From the human T2T-CHM13v2.0 reference genome, Homo sapiens: a DNA stretch of 64,000 bases. Shown one piece after another: positions 28,704 through 42,252 of this stretch. How positions within the stretch are numbered: the stretch's first letter is position 1; every line of letters begins with the position of its first letter. Made by a program: the position numbers and the translations under genes. The stretch is taken from assembly GCF_009914755.1 (NCBI RefSeq), contig NC_060931.1; one strand, written 5' to 3'. Under the pieces are notes generated by a model. The model did no database searches and was not told where the DNA came from. It worked only from the letters and a program-made list of their open reading frames with translations.

Positions 28704-30278
28704 CTATGCATAAAAGAGAAAGAACAGAGAAAAATGATCTACAACTTTAAGTATCTTTCTCTAAAGAATATCAGACCCCAAAGAAAATTGCTAACCCTGG
28801 GAAAATAAATCCTACATAGTAAGCAGTAGGAAGGAGAGCTATGACCCCTCTTTGCAACTGCCCAGAGCTACCAATAATGAGATCTCCAAGGCAGCTTCCT
28901 AATCCTTTCAAGGAGTAGGAGAAGGGTTCCTCTGTGCATATTGTATGGGCTGAGTGCAAGGTGCCCATTATGGCAAACTTTGGTCCTGTCTATGTGCTAA
29001 AAGGTCAGCTAGCAATGATTTATGAAATGTGACCACAAAAAATGAATTGTCATTAATCCTTATGGGCCCACAGTGAGACAGTTTATAATGGAAGCTCAAT
29101 ACGTATACACCAAACAAATGAACAAAAGGAAAAAAAGAAAGGCATGTCAATTGCTTTTACTGTATTTACTATAAGCATCATGGCACATAATGCTTTGATA
29201 AAAATGAAGCACTATTTTATGACATTAAAGTCTGTGTTTCCTCAATAGGGCTAAAAAAGAATTACCCAGGAAGCCTTCTATATTGGCAAAAGGACAATGT
29301 TGAGAGAAGAAAATGGCATATGTGCTAGATCCACACATGACATATTTCACCTAACAGCAAAAAACACAATGATTTGTCCTGGCATTTGAAGGAAAGAGTA
29401 TTCAGAACACAACAGGATTTCCCTAGGTAAAAGCTGAATGTAGGTTTTTATGAATACTGCTTGAAATATAGAGTAACAGTTCAATGAAAATCAAAGCCAT
29501 ATTTGTAATTAAAATTATTCAGAGAACTCTCACTGATGTGGACAACTGATTTTCCAAAATGGTGCCAAAATAATTCAGTAAGGAAAGAAAAGATCTTCTC
29601 AACAAATGGTGTTGGAACAACAGAATATCCAAATGGAGAAATAAACTTCAATTCCTACTCTCATACCTAGGTACAAAGTTTAATTCAAGGTGGGTCATAG
29701 GCTTCAGTGTTAAAGTTAAAACTATAAACATTTTGAGGAAAACAAGAAACTATCTTCATGATCAAGAGTAGGAAAGATTTCTTTGACCAAATACAGAATG
29801 CAATAATTATAAAAGAAGAAAGAAAGGTAAATAAGACTTTACTGAAATTTAAAATTCCTGCTCACCAAAACATGACATTAAGAAAACAGAACTGGCAAGT
29901 CATAGACTGGAAGAAAATATTCTGAAAACATACTTCTGGCAAAGAATTTGCACTCAGAATATATTAAAAGCTTCTACAATTCAATTAAAAATTGGCTTTT
30001 TGTGATCACATTTCATAAACCACTGCTAGCTAACCTTTTAGCACATACACGGGGCTAAAATTTACCAGAATGAGTTTTAGAATTTAGAATCAGCACAGGA
30101 CTTCAACAGAAACTTCCCAAAGAAAGATATACAAATGACCAATACACACATTAAAAAGTCATTTAATAATTTAATTAATCAATTACAGAAGTAATTTAAT
30201 CATTGGTTGCCAGGGAAATGCAAATTAAAATCGCGATGAGGCACCACTACACATCCACTAGAATTGTCACAATAAAAA

Positions 30279-30460
30279 GGCCTGTTGGGGGGTGGGGGGC
30301 TAGGGGAGGGATAGCATTAGGAGAAATACCTAATGTAGATGACAGGTTGATGGGTGCAGCAAACCACTATGGCACATGTATACCTATGTAACAAACATGC
30401 ACATTCTGCACATGGACCCCATAACTTAAAGTATAATTTAAAAAAGAAAGAAAGAAAGAA
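30279..30460 (+). mobile_element. Short L1PA7/8-like 3'UTR nested in old L1M
   Basis: ggggctaggggagggatagcattaggagaaatacctaatgtagatgac...aacttaaagtataat plus A-rich tail. Confidence 0.9.
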
Positions 30461-32475
30461 AAAGACTGAAAACTCAGGATGTGGACAAGGATGTGAAGCA
30501 ACTAGAACACTCATCTTGCAGATAGGAATGAAAACAACTTGGAACAAGTGTTTGGTAGTTTCCTATACAGCTCAATAAACACCTATCCAATGGTCCAGCC
30601 ATTCTACTCAAGATTTTACCCAAAAGATATAAAACCATAATGTCCACAAAGCAGACTTGTACAAAAATATTCACAGCCACTTATTATATTCAAAATAGCT
30701 GAAAACTAGAAACAACCCAAATGTCCATCAACAGAAAAATAGGTAAATTGTGGTACAGTTATACAAGGGAACACTGCTCAGCAATAAAAAGAAACAAACT
30801 GCTGATATGCATAACAATGTGGATGAATCTCAAAAAACATGATGTTGAGTGAAAGAAGCCAGACACACACACAAAAGTATGTACTGTATAATTCCATTTA
30901 TATAAAGTTCTAAAACCAGCAAAACTAAACTGTGGTGAAAAGAGTCAGAAAAGTGTTTGCTTCTGGGCAGCAGAGTTGGAGAGAGAATTAACTGGAAAGA
31001 AAATGGAGTGTTTTGAGTGATAGAAGTACCCTGTCTTGACACAGATATGTGCATGTGTCAAAGCTGAAACTGTACACTTAACATTTGTGCATCTGATTGT
31101 ATGTACACTGTACCTCAAAAAAGTAAACAAATACAGAACCCTAGTTAGTAGGTTTGCTTTCTGCAGTGGTATGGGCCAACAATTCTGAAACCAATTTCCA
31201 TGTATTCTAGACTTGAGCAAATGAGTATATACACTGAGTATAACTGAAACCAGGTTTCTCATTGTTGGAGAAAGTAGTTACAAGTATAAAAAAGATAAAG
31301 ACATGAATGTACACTGTGCTGTTCAAGTGGAATTAATGTTACCAGCACAAACTTGTAGTTTTTAATATGAACAGATATGGAATGAAATAAGATAAAGAGG
31401 TAGATATGCACACGTTTATATGCAGACATAAACACACATTTTCTAGATTTATCTACTTGGAAGATCTAGGGGAAAAAAGAACACTCAGTAGAACAAACAT
31501 GCTTGGTTCCCAGATGTCAGTTTCTAAATATCATCTTTGGTTCAAGGAATCAGGGCTTCTTGGAGAAGAGAATAATTTGAGGGATGGGCAGGAAAAGTAT
31601 ATGATAAGCCTAGAACGGCTTGTGCCAAAAAGTAAAGAAGTGCTCAAAGAATGAATGAAACAGGTAAAGTAACATGGCATCTAGCTCGATGGGGCTTCCA
31701 ATAGCTGAATCTAGGCCAATTTGTGCATCAAAATAAGTAATCAAAACTATTAACTAAAATAAGAATCCATCAGTGCATATTGACATAAATAAATGAGGAA
31801 GAAGGGAAAGGCTTTCTTTTCAATAGAAGGTCAATTAATATGCAGAGAAAGAATGACAAAGTTAGAAACCCATTAAAGGGTTGCCAAAACTAGTGATCGA
31901 AAGTTTAATGAGGACCGGGATATTTATACAGTCTTACTATATCACCCCACAAATTGCTAATTATTACAAAGCGAAATCAGTAATTTTATAGTGAAAGTCC
32001 TGTCATACTCAACCAAATGATAAAAAATTACCTTCACCAATAATGGAACACAATGATATCACATGCCTCCTGGTATCATGCACTGGAAAGAATACTACTG
32101 TGTTATTTGTGTCAAAAACATATAATGTCAATCTAATCGTGAAGAAACATTCCACAAACCCAACTGGACAGACATTCTACAAAATAACAGATCTATACTT
32201 TTCAGAAGTATCAACATCAAGAAAGACGTAACTGAAGAACTATTCCAGACTAAAGGCTAAAGAGACATGATAAAGAAATGCAATGTGAGATCTTAGGCTG
32301 CATCCTGGATTGGGGAGAAAATAGTTATAAAGGTCATCATTGAAACACTTTATAAAATTTGAATAGGGACTACAGACAGAAATATGCATCAAAGTAAAAT
32401 GTTCTGATTTTAATCATTGTGCTATTGTTCTGTCAAAGAATGACCTTGTTCTTATGGAAAGATGTACTAAAGTAT

Positions 32476-32608
32476 TTTTATTTACTTATTTAGAGACAAG
32501 GTTTCACCATATTGGCCAGGCTGGTCTCAAACTCCTGGCTTCAAGAGATCCACCTGCCTTGACCTCCCAAAGTGTTGGGATTACAGGCATGAGCCACTTC
32601 ACCCAGCC
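32476..32608 (-). mobile_element. FLAM_C / Alu left monomer
   Basis: Single arm with T-rich tail; degenerate TSD ggaaa(g/t)atgtact(a/g)aa(g/t)tattt. Confidence 0.8.
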
Positions 32609-33019
32609 TAGGAAATATGTACTGAATTATTTAGTGATGAAGGGCCATAATGTCTCCAAGTTTCTCTCAAATAGTTCAAACAATGAGACAGAGAGAGAGA
32701 ATGAGAATAAGAAACTGGAGCAAAATGTAAACAGTGAACCTGGGTAAAGGATGTGCAGGAGTTCCTTGTACTAGCCTTGCAATTTTTCTTTGAGCTTAAA
32801 ATTTTTTAATGAAAATTTCCTACAAAAAAGGAATCGGGGAAACATAAGTGAGCCACAAAAAAAGCTATTTCATAAGTGGAAAACAATACATAAGAAACAG
32901 TTGTACACTGGATTTATGACAATTTGAAGGAGAGAACATACCTGAATTCACTGACTGATGAATTTAAAAAAATTAGATCCCTAATTTTGTTAAGCAATGC
33001 TGAGCAAAAAACAAAACAA

Positions 33020-33500
33020 CGACAACAAAAACCACCTATGAGACATGGTATGTATCTTCCTTATAGAATAGATAAGACATAAATGCAACTAACCATCAAG
33101 CAAGGTGAATTTTGATAATTACTACAAAAACCGTACAAAGTTTAAAGGGCAAAGAGCACATTTAGCTCAACCTGGGAGATCCCACAGTGGCTTGGAAGAG
33201 GAAGTAGAGATTCAATCTATGGAAAAGATTTCAATATACATAATAGAAACAGGGAATGAACCACAAAGGTGTTTTACACAGACAGAACATTAGGAAGAAG
33301 GACACTAAGAAACAAATTACAGGATTTATCACAACAACTGAAAAGAGACAGTTTGCCTTGGGAATAGAGAGTAAGAGAAAATACTTGAAAAACAGTTTGA
33401 GGCCAGATCATTGAAGAGTTTTGAATGCCAGAGGTACATAAATTTAATATAGTCAGTGGAGTACCCCAGTGTTTTGGGATTAGGAAAGGTAGTGAAATAA
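33020..33500. mobile_element. L2 fragment
   Basis: ggccagatcattgaagagttttgaatgcca-type motifs. Confidence 0.5.
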
Positions 33501-34631
33501 TGGCTATTTCAAAAATAAAATCAAGTAAGAGGCTAACCCAACAGTACAGAAAAGCAGGAATAAAGATCTGCACCAAAAGGAAGCAGAAGAAGACTGGTGT
33601 TTCCAAATCCTTTCTCTGGCTTTCTCACCTCTAGCAATAAAAAGGCCCAAGGTAACCACTGGTTGTCAAGCAGGCTAATAAGTATTTAGAATGCTCACAA
33701 AGCATTTTACAAGTTCATCTTTAAAGAAAGCTATTAACACCCTCCACAGTACAACGAGGGTTATTTGTATGAATTTATTAGCTCTTCTGTTTTTCTCCAG
33801 TAAACCTAAAAAAGCTTTAAAGAACATCCTTTAAAATCTGTATATAAAATTCTTTTTATAAACACTACCTTTGAAGGTCTTTCCAGGTAAACTCATTACG
33901 AAAGAAAGAAAGAAAGAAAAAAAGTCCAAGTTCAAACCATTCTATTTCTCTAGAGGTCTCTTTTCCCAGTTTCAGAAATAAAATCTGTGCCTGTGGCTAT
34001 TGTCAAACTTTACAGTGGAATTTACATTTAATATTTCCTACAAAGCTTCAGTCTACAACTGATTATAATTCTTAGAAACAAATACATTGTATTCCAATGG
34101 GAGAAAAACTAAAAGCAAAATTCTTAATACTCTCCACCCACACCAATAGTTTTGTCAGCTTTCCAGTTGGAAATCTTTGAAACTGGGATTCAAGTAGAGC
34201 TAAACTGATTTAACAGATATAAATGGAGTCAAATAAATCTCCAACGTAGGAAGTGAAAATGTACTATCAGAAGTACTACCTATGTCTTTCATCAGTGTTC
34301 ATATTAACACAGAACTAAAATTATAGGCTACATAGGGGAAGACTAAGCATCCTCTAGCATTTCAGAAAAAAACAATGAATTCTGATACATTTCTATGCAT
34401 TTCTACTGAAGGATCACTAAAAACTTTTAAAATGTGAGTTTCTCTAAGAATTTCTATTGTTTTTTAGAGCTGGCAGAAGAGATGACCCTTTGAGTAGAAC
34501 AGAGAAGAGCCTTGTTCTGCTGCTGTCTTTACCATTTCTCTAGGGATATTATAGCACAATCTGCACAATTCACAGACAGGTACTATTATAGTTTAAAAAC
34601 ATAAAGCCAGTGAAAATTCTATGTTAAGACA

Positions 34632-34773
34632 ATACCTGCACTGTTTAGGGAATAATGACAAGAAAAAAATCCTTACATGTTCAGGACAGATGCCATTTTT
34701 TTTTTCAAATAGTTTCAATCTGAGGTTGGTTGAATCCACAGATGTGCAGCCCACAGATACAGAGGAACCACTA
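34632..34773 (-). mobile_element. MER2 fragment (left end of the element)
   Basis: tgtttagggaataatgacaagaaaaaa...ggttggttgaatccacagatgtgcagcccacagatacagagg. Confidence 0.8.
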
Positions 34774-34899
34774 TATACATAATTTTACATTGTCCAAGTT
34801 TATATGAGTAAAATGTTACTTTTAAAATAAAGGCTTTGGAAAATAAAAAAATGTCAGCACTGTCCTGGATTAGATAAATTTTTAAAAAGAAAATATACC

Positions 34900-35189
34900 G
34901 ACCAGGTGCAGTGGCTCACACCTGTAATCCCAGCACTTTGGGAGGCCAAGGCGGGCGGGTCATGAGGTCAAGAGATCGAGACCATCCTGGCCAACATGGT
35001 GAAACCCCGTCTCCACTAAAAATACAAAAAAATTAGCTGGGCATGGTGGCACGTGCCTGTAGTCCCAGCTACTCGGGAGGCTGAGGCAGGAGAATCGCTT
35101 GAACACGGGAAGTGGAGGTTGCAGTGAGCCAAGATGCATGGCGACAGAGCGAGACTCCATCTCAAAAAAAAAAAAAAAAAAAGAAAAGA
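34900..35189 (+). mobile_element. AluSc-like with a small deletion near the 3' end
   Basis: gaggtcaagagatcgagaccatcctggcc; lacks ccactgcactccagcc; TSD aaaagaaaata(t/c)acc. Confidence 0.92.
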
Positions 35190-35782
35190 AAAAGAAAATA
35201 CACCACCACAAAACATGTTTGCAAATGAACAATTGACTTCATGCTGCATTAAACAAAGTAATAAAGGAGAGAACCTTTCCTAGACTGAATCCATGTCTGT
35301 ATACCTGAAAATAGCATCCAGCTTTTTAAAACTCCTAATACTACTGAATGCTCTGGTAATATTCGGTTCTTATTGATAGTAACAAACTTTAAAATAATTC
35401 ATACTTGAGTAATAATTGCAGATATTTATAACTCTTTTTAATACAAATACTCAGTACAATTTTTCCGTTTCAGTGAGTTCACAAAATTGCCAACTGGCTT
35501 AACATTGTTGTATAAAAAATACAGCCTTGTTTATCCAGCTTTTACCAACTTGGTGTCTTGGGAGCTTTCACAGAAGCACATAACAACCACCTATAATGAG
35601 AAATGTGTTGGTGGGTCACTAGGGAGTTGATCATTGAATAAGCTTTTCATATTTCTTTACTTTCTAACAATATTAAAGGTATATTTATAGGAGGGGAAGA
35701 AAGATGACAGAAACAAAAGACAGGGTCTATATGTTTTAAATATTCAGCATAACATCTGTACCAGCTATATATTATATACTTC

Positions 35783-36385
<603 letters not shown>

Positions 36386-37694
36386 GTTCTACTCTTTCTA
36401 CATTCAGTCAGTATGTTTTTATTCAATTATATCATATCTCTCCTAAGCTAGGGATCATTTTTGCATTTAGGACAGGCATTACACAACAGATGTCTGTACA
36501 CAAAGTATCTGTACTTTCTGTTCACATACTTTTTAGAAGTACTTTGTTCAGTACTCTGTTCGGTACTTTTCAGAAAGTATCTGAACAGATACTTTCATTG
36601 CAACAAAAATAAAATAGGAGTTAATCTCATGTTAGCAGGGCTTAAAAGAACATTCCAACTTGAATGAACAAAGTATAACAAAAGTCATATCTTCCATGGG
36701 TCCTTTGGCAGAAGGTAGCTTTAAATCTGCAACTGTTCTAGAAGAGAAGAAAGTTCACACAGCCTGCCACTGCTGTGTGACCAGCAAAGCACTATTCTAA
36801 AATCCAAGAAATTTAATGACTAGAAAATCCTCTAAAAAATTGACCATAAAAAATGTTAAAGCTGGCCCAAATAGGTTGGAAATAAAGCACAAAATCATGC
36901 TATTGCAGTAACAAGCCATCAAATAGAACACAAAGAAGCACTTTGCAAACTTCCTCATCATTTCTGCTATTACTCTAAGATATTTATCTTGTGTTTCCAG
37001 ACCTCAGTCTCCAATCTTACAAAATGAAGATAATATACCACAAGAATATATGCAAAAATGGCCAAGAAGGGTCTACTTTATATCACAGTTTATATTCAAT
37101 TTCAATAGAAGAGAATGAAGCTCAAGATATTAACCCAAGCTTGCTCAGTCGTTCCCAGTGATCTAGTGGCAAAAGCTCTAGCACTATAAATCATCTCATA
37201 CATACATCGGGGTAAAAAATGTTAACAAATACCCTAAAATCAGAAGGGAAAATACTGTCATAAAGACAATGTATTCAAGTCCCTCATACTAAACTTGAGT
37301 TTAACTCATATCAAAAAGCTATTCTTAATCATATAATGAGCTTGTTTTCTGATTATTTTTAAAATGCCCAGGGTTTTCTTAGGTAACATGAGACAGCAGA
37401 TTAGGCAAGCAAGACAGGGTGAGGTGAGTGTTAGATACCTAAAAGTTGCCACATTGAGAAGTACCAGCAGGGATGGAGTGAGGAAGGAGCAGGTGGTGAA
37501 GAAGATTATGGTGAATTATAAGGGACACTGATGTAGAGTCAAACACACCAGGAACAGCAATGACAGACTCTCAGTAAATGTTGGATTCCCTTCATAAGCA
37601 TCTCCACAATGATTAGCTTACATCATCAAATTAACTTATGTTCAATTTTATTTCATTTTATTAAATAGAAAAATTTCCCTCAAAAACCAGCCAG

Positions 37695-38303
37695 TCGAGA
37701 CTTATTATTGGTGATTCCATATTTGCAAATTTTACTTGCTAAAATTTACTTATCACCACAAAATCAATACTCAGTAATTTCCTAGTTATGTGTGAACATG
37801 CACAGTGCAGTGAAATATTGGAGTCACCTGACACACACATTCCCAGCTGAGACCAACAGGTGATGCTCTGCCTTCTTGTTTCAGCTCCCATACTGTCACT
37901 GAGTGTCCTTTTCCCAGTATATTTCGTGCCATGTTTTTCACTTTTTTTTTTTTTTTTTTGCTTTATGTTGCTTTAAAATGGTCCCAGAACATTGTACTGT
38001 CTAGAGTTCCTAGAAGGCTTTGATGTTCCTTACAGAGAAAATACATGTTAGGCAAGCTTCCTTCATGTATGAGTTACGGTGCTGTTGGCTGTGAGTTCAA
38101 CATTAATGAATCAACAACATAGATTAAATAAGATCTCTTAAAATGGAAACACATGTAAAACAACATTATATTTCAATCTGCTGACAAAAATAAGACCAGA
38201 GCCTCTTGTATTTTTTTCTAGGACCAATTGTTCAGTATTGGCTAATTCAGTCTTCATGGCAACTTCACAGATCATAACTACTATGAATAATAAGAATTAA
38301 CTA
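37695..38303. mobile_element. MER44 (Tigger7-derived) DNA transposon
   Basis: ttcccagctgag, tgccttcttgtttcagctc, gtgctgttggctgtgagttcaacattaatgaatcaaca, ttcagtattggctaattcagt. Confidence 0.85.
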
Positions 38304-38752
38304 TTTATGGTAAAAGCTTCAGTGCTTATAAAAGTGACATTTCCAGACAATTACTTAGTAATACTGGATTTTGTGAAGATGAAGCTATAATACGAAGCAG
38401 AATGTAATGGCCAAACACGGGTTTACACACAGAATTTCAAGAACACCTATGTCAACACCACATCCACTCTATCAATAAACACAATCACAATGTGAGTCAC
38501 AAAAAATGTGACGCTTAAAGAAATAACTAAAAACCAATTTTGCCAGATTAAGTGAAGCAAATATGAGTGCATATTTTAAAATTTAAATTTTGATTTATAC
38601 AATCAACAATTTAACATAAGAAATTTGCAAAATTTTTCTCTTACCCACTATAGAGAGCTCTTGATTCCTGTAATATAATTACACAAGAACACACTAAAAC
38701 ACTCCATAAAAATGAAATATTGTTCAATTCACTTCAAAAAACAACTGCTATG

Positions 38753-38952
38753 GGAGGAAGTTTTTGGCAATAGTAAATATGTTTATTATTATGATTGTTA
38801 TGATGGTTTCACAGGTGTATGCATTTGTCCAAACACATCAAATTGTATACATTAAAGATGTGCAGTTTTCATATATAATTATATCTTTATTGATTTCATA
38901 CCAGTAAAGCTGGTAGAAAAAAAAAGAAGTGGTGCGCTGCAGGAAAAAAAAA
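38753..38952 (+). mobile_element. Short L1MA/MB 3' end with TSD
   Basis: gatggtttcacaggtgtatgcatttgtccaaacacatcaaattgtatacattaaa; flanked by caactgctatg on both sides. Confidence 0.8.
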
Positions 38953-39419
38953 GCAACTGCTATGACTATAAATTATCACCATATAATAAATAAATTTGCA
39001 CATGCTAATAGAATGACAGATTTATATTCACAAGAAATAACCATTTAGAATATTACAAAGTCTGTCTTTAATTTTTTGCAAATATTTTTGCACTATATTC
39101 AAAAAGTGCCTTTTAATTTTAATATTTTATCAAAACAATCTTTATCAATATTCTCTATCAAAATATAAGACCAAAAACAAAGCTGATAAATCTGTTGTGA
39201 ACTGCAACACTGTCTAAAGGTCGTTTCTTATTGGACACAAAAATAAGTTATTGGCTTTAGACATTATCTGACACCAATTTTAATCCTAGCTCTTTCCTAC
39301 TCTCCTGCCTAAAATTTATTCAGCAAATATAAACTATTTTTAATTCCTCACTAACAAAAATTATAAAACCTTTTTACTAAAAGGCTTTCTGTTTTAAGTC
39401 CTTCAAAGATGAAAAATCT

Positions 39420-39730
39420 GGCCAGACATGGTGGTTCACAGCTGTAATTCCAGCACTTTGGGAGCCAAGGCAGGTGGATCACATGAGGCCAGGAGCTCGA
39501 GACCAGCCTAGCCAACATGGTGAAACCCTGCCTCTACTAAAAATACAAAACATTACTTGGGCATGGTGGCGGGCACCTGTAGTCCCAGCTACTCGGGAGG
39601 CTGAGGCACGAGAATTGCTTGAACCAGCTACTCCCAGCTACTCCCAACTGCTCCCAGCTACTCAGGAGGCAGAGGTTGCAGTGAGCCAAGATCACGCCAC
39701 TGCACTCCAGCCTGGGTGACAGAGCAAAAA
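39420..39730 (+). mobile_element. AluS with internal (ccagctactc)x4 expansion and eroded 3' end
   Basis: Alu dimer; 10-mer repeats at 39624-39663; ends gacagagcaaaaaa without gactccatctc. Confidence 0.9.
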
Positions 39731-40417
39731 ATATATATGTTTTTCTAATGATAATGATATTCCTGTATTTCATATTTCAGATTGGGCTCTTTACACAACA
39801 AATTTTCTTAAAGTAGGTTGTCAGTTAACAGGCCAGTTTCTTAATTAAAGCACTGGAAGTAATGCAGCAGTTTCCTTTCCAGGTAACAAATCTCTTTCTA
39901 AAGGTGTGATTACCTTCACACTCTCAAGTCTTCCCTAAATTAGTGTTGTGTCCTTTTCTGTGCTTAGTGATTCCTGTGAAACTGAAACCTGAGACAAACA
40001 AATCTAAATACTTGAAAGCAAACAGAAAATTCTTAATCTTCAAGACAGAGAAATGGGTCATCATTTCTCAAAGACTTTTATAAATGAAACTGTTCTGTAT
40101 GTTAGTGTTTATGTGTATAGGGATATTTTAGACTCAAAATGTATCTCTGTTTTCAGAATGAGATTATTCATTGCTGATAAAATATAAAGCTCTAGGTTAG
40201 AAAGTTTTAGGATTTACAAGTAAGGGGATGGGTAGAAATAGGGATGGACAAGACTCCATCTCAAAAAATATATATATATTTTCTAATGATAATGAATATT
40301 CCTGTATTTCATATTTCAGATTGGGCTCTTTACACAACAAATTTTCTTAAAGTAGGGTGTCAGTTAACAGTCCATTTCCAGTGCTCTTAATTAAAGCACT
40401 GGAAATAATGCAGCAGT
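39725..40417. repeat. Local non-tandem direct duplication of about 150 bp (39725-39871 and 40249-40417)
   Basis: ttttctaatgataatga.tattcctgtatttcatatttcagattgggctctttacacaacaaattttcttaaagtagg.tgtcagttaacag...cttaattaaagcactggaa.taatgcagcagt present twice. Confidence 0.95.
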
Positions 40418-40639
40418 AAGAGGATGGGTACAAGATGGGTAGAAATCACAGGAGAAAAGAGCAATGCCCCAAAAATTTACAGGTAATGTTGCAATTGCTT
40501 TTATCAATGATGTAAGAACTGACCATACTGAAGTATTTGCCACATCCAGTTCCGTAACTATACGGAGTATAGTAACTATTATATATATATATAATATATA
40601 ATATAACATAACTGTAATGAACCAATCTTCTCTCTATAC

Positions 40640-40762
40640 CTGTAATCTCGCCCAGTAACTACACAACGTGGGTTCTGAATGTCCATGGAAAAGGAAAAGG
40701 TAAAAGTTGATAACAAGGTGAGTCATCATCAGCAAACAGCAGCACCCAAAGTAAAAAGTTCT
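40640..40762 (-). other. Candidate 123-nt exon of a minus-strand transcript
   Basis: Acceptor tctgttgttttgacatttag|AGAAC, donor CAG|gtatag; frame 0 fully open; internal ATG at 40686 (MDIQNPRCVVTGRDY). Confidence 0.5.
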
Positions 40763-41059
40763 CTAAATGTCAAAACAACAGACTAAGCATGATCAAATAA
40801 AAGAAATCTCCTTTCCAAAAACCTGTCTTCAAAAAGTAACCAAAACCCAACTTTCCAACAAGAATAAAGATAGAAAACAAGTCTTTTAGATTCCTATCCT
40901 ACTCATTCTCTTACATTCATTTTCCACAGTTGGAAAAATAAATTAGAGAGGAAGATGAATTATCACAGAAAAAGAAAAAAAGATAAATGCCATAATGTTG
41001 AAGACGAAATTTGTATTTGATTTTATGTATTAAATTTGAAAAGACATCCAATCCTCAGC

Positions 41060-41495
41060 TTTTACATTCCTGGCAATCTCATTTCTCTCTCCAAAAACTT
41101 GTAAGATTCAAAAATTAGATACACTCCATTTTGGGGGAATTTATCCAAGGAAATATCTAAAAATAAATATCTAAATACAGCAAAGATTTTACTATCACAT
41201 TGTTTATTATGAACTGTAATGGCAAGAAGTAGAAAACAGTCTAAATGATCAACGATGGGGAACTGCTGAAATATATTTTGATATATCCACACAGTGGAAT
41301 TCTGTACTTATTTCAAATTGTATACATCTGCCCCTGACTTGGAAAAATGCTCATAATAGATGAGTATAAAAATGAATTTTTATTAAATGCGAATGAATGC
41401 ATACATATGAAAGGGGAATGAATATATGCTAAGGTATTAAGAGTACTCAGAATGCTTGGTTTGCTTATATTTCCTAATTTCTTTTATAATAAACA
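41060..41495 (+). mobile_element. L1ME-type 3' fragment
   Basis: gggaatttatccaaggaaata, aaacagtctaaatgatcaacgatgggg, atatccacacagtggaat. Confidence 0.65.
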
Positions 41496-41552
41496 CATAT
41501 TTTTGTTTGTTTGTTTGTTTAAAAGATCTATCAGAAGTAAAACACAAAAATA

Positions 41553-41858
41553 GGCTGAGCGTGGTGGCTCGTGCCTGTAATCCCAACACTTTGGGAGGCT
41601 TAGGTGGGCAGAACACTTGAGCTCAGGAGTTTGTGACCAGCCTGGACAACATGGCAAGACTTCGTCTCTCCAAAAAATACAAAAATTAGCCGGGCATAAT
41701 GGTGTGTACCTGTAGTCCCAGCTACTCAGAAGGCTGAGGTGGGAGGATCACTTGAGTCTGGGAGGCAGAGGTTGCAGCGACCCAGGATCTCACCACCTCA
41801 TTCCAGCCTGGGTGACAGAGTGAGACTGTCTCAAAAAATAAAATAAAATAAAATAAAA
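41553..41858 (+). mobile_element. AluJb/S
   Basis: Full dimer with cacttgagctcaggagtt and gaggtgggaggatcacttgag; (taaaa)n tail. Confidence 0.9.
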
Positions 41859-41944
41859 GCAGATAAAGATTAATAATTGTCATTAACATCATCAGCCTAA
41901 AGTAAACAGAAGTTCCATTTCACACTGGCAGAAAAGTCACTTCT

Positions 41945-42252
<308 letters not shown>

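Larger units (their letters stand above)
29535..32815 (+). mobile_element. Old L1MC/MD-type ORF2 3' end and long 3'UTR, fragmented
   Basis: tcaacaaatggtgttggaacaa, agggaaatgcaaattaaaa, ggatgaatctcaaaaa.catgatgttgagtgaaagaagccagacac, gagttccttgtactagccttgcaattttt. Confidence 0.8.
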
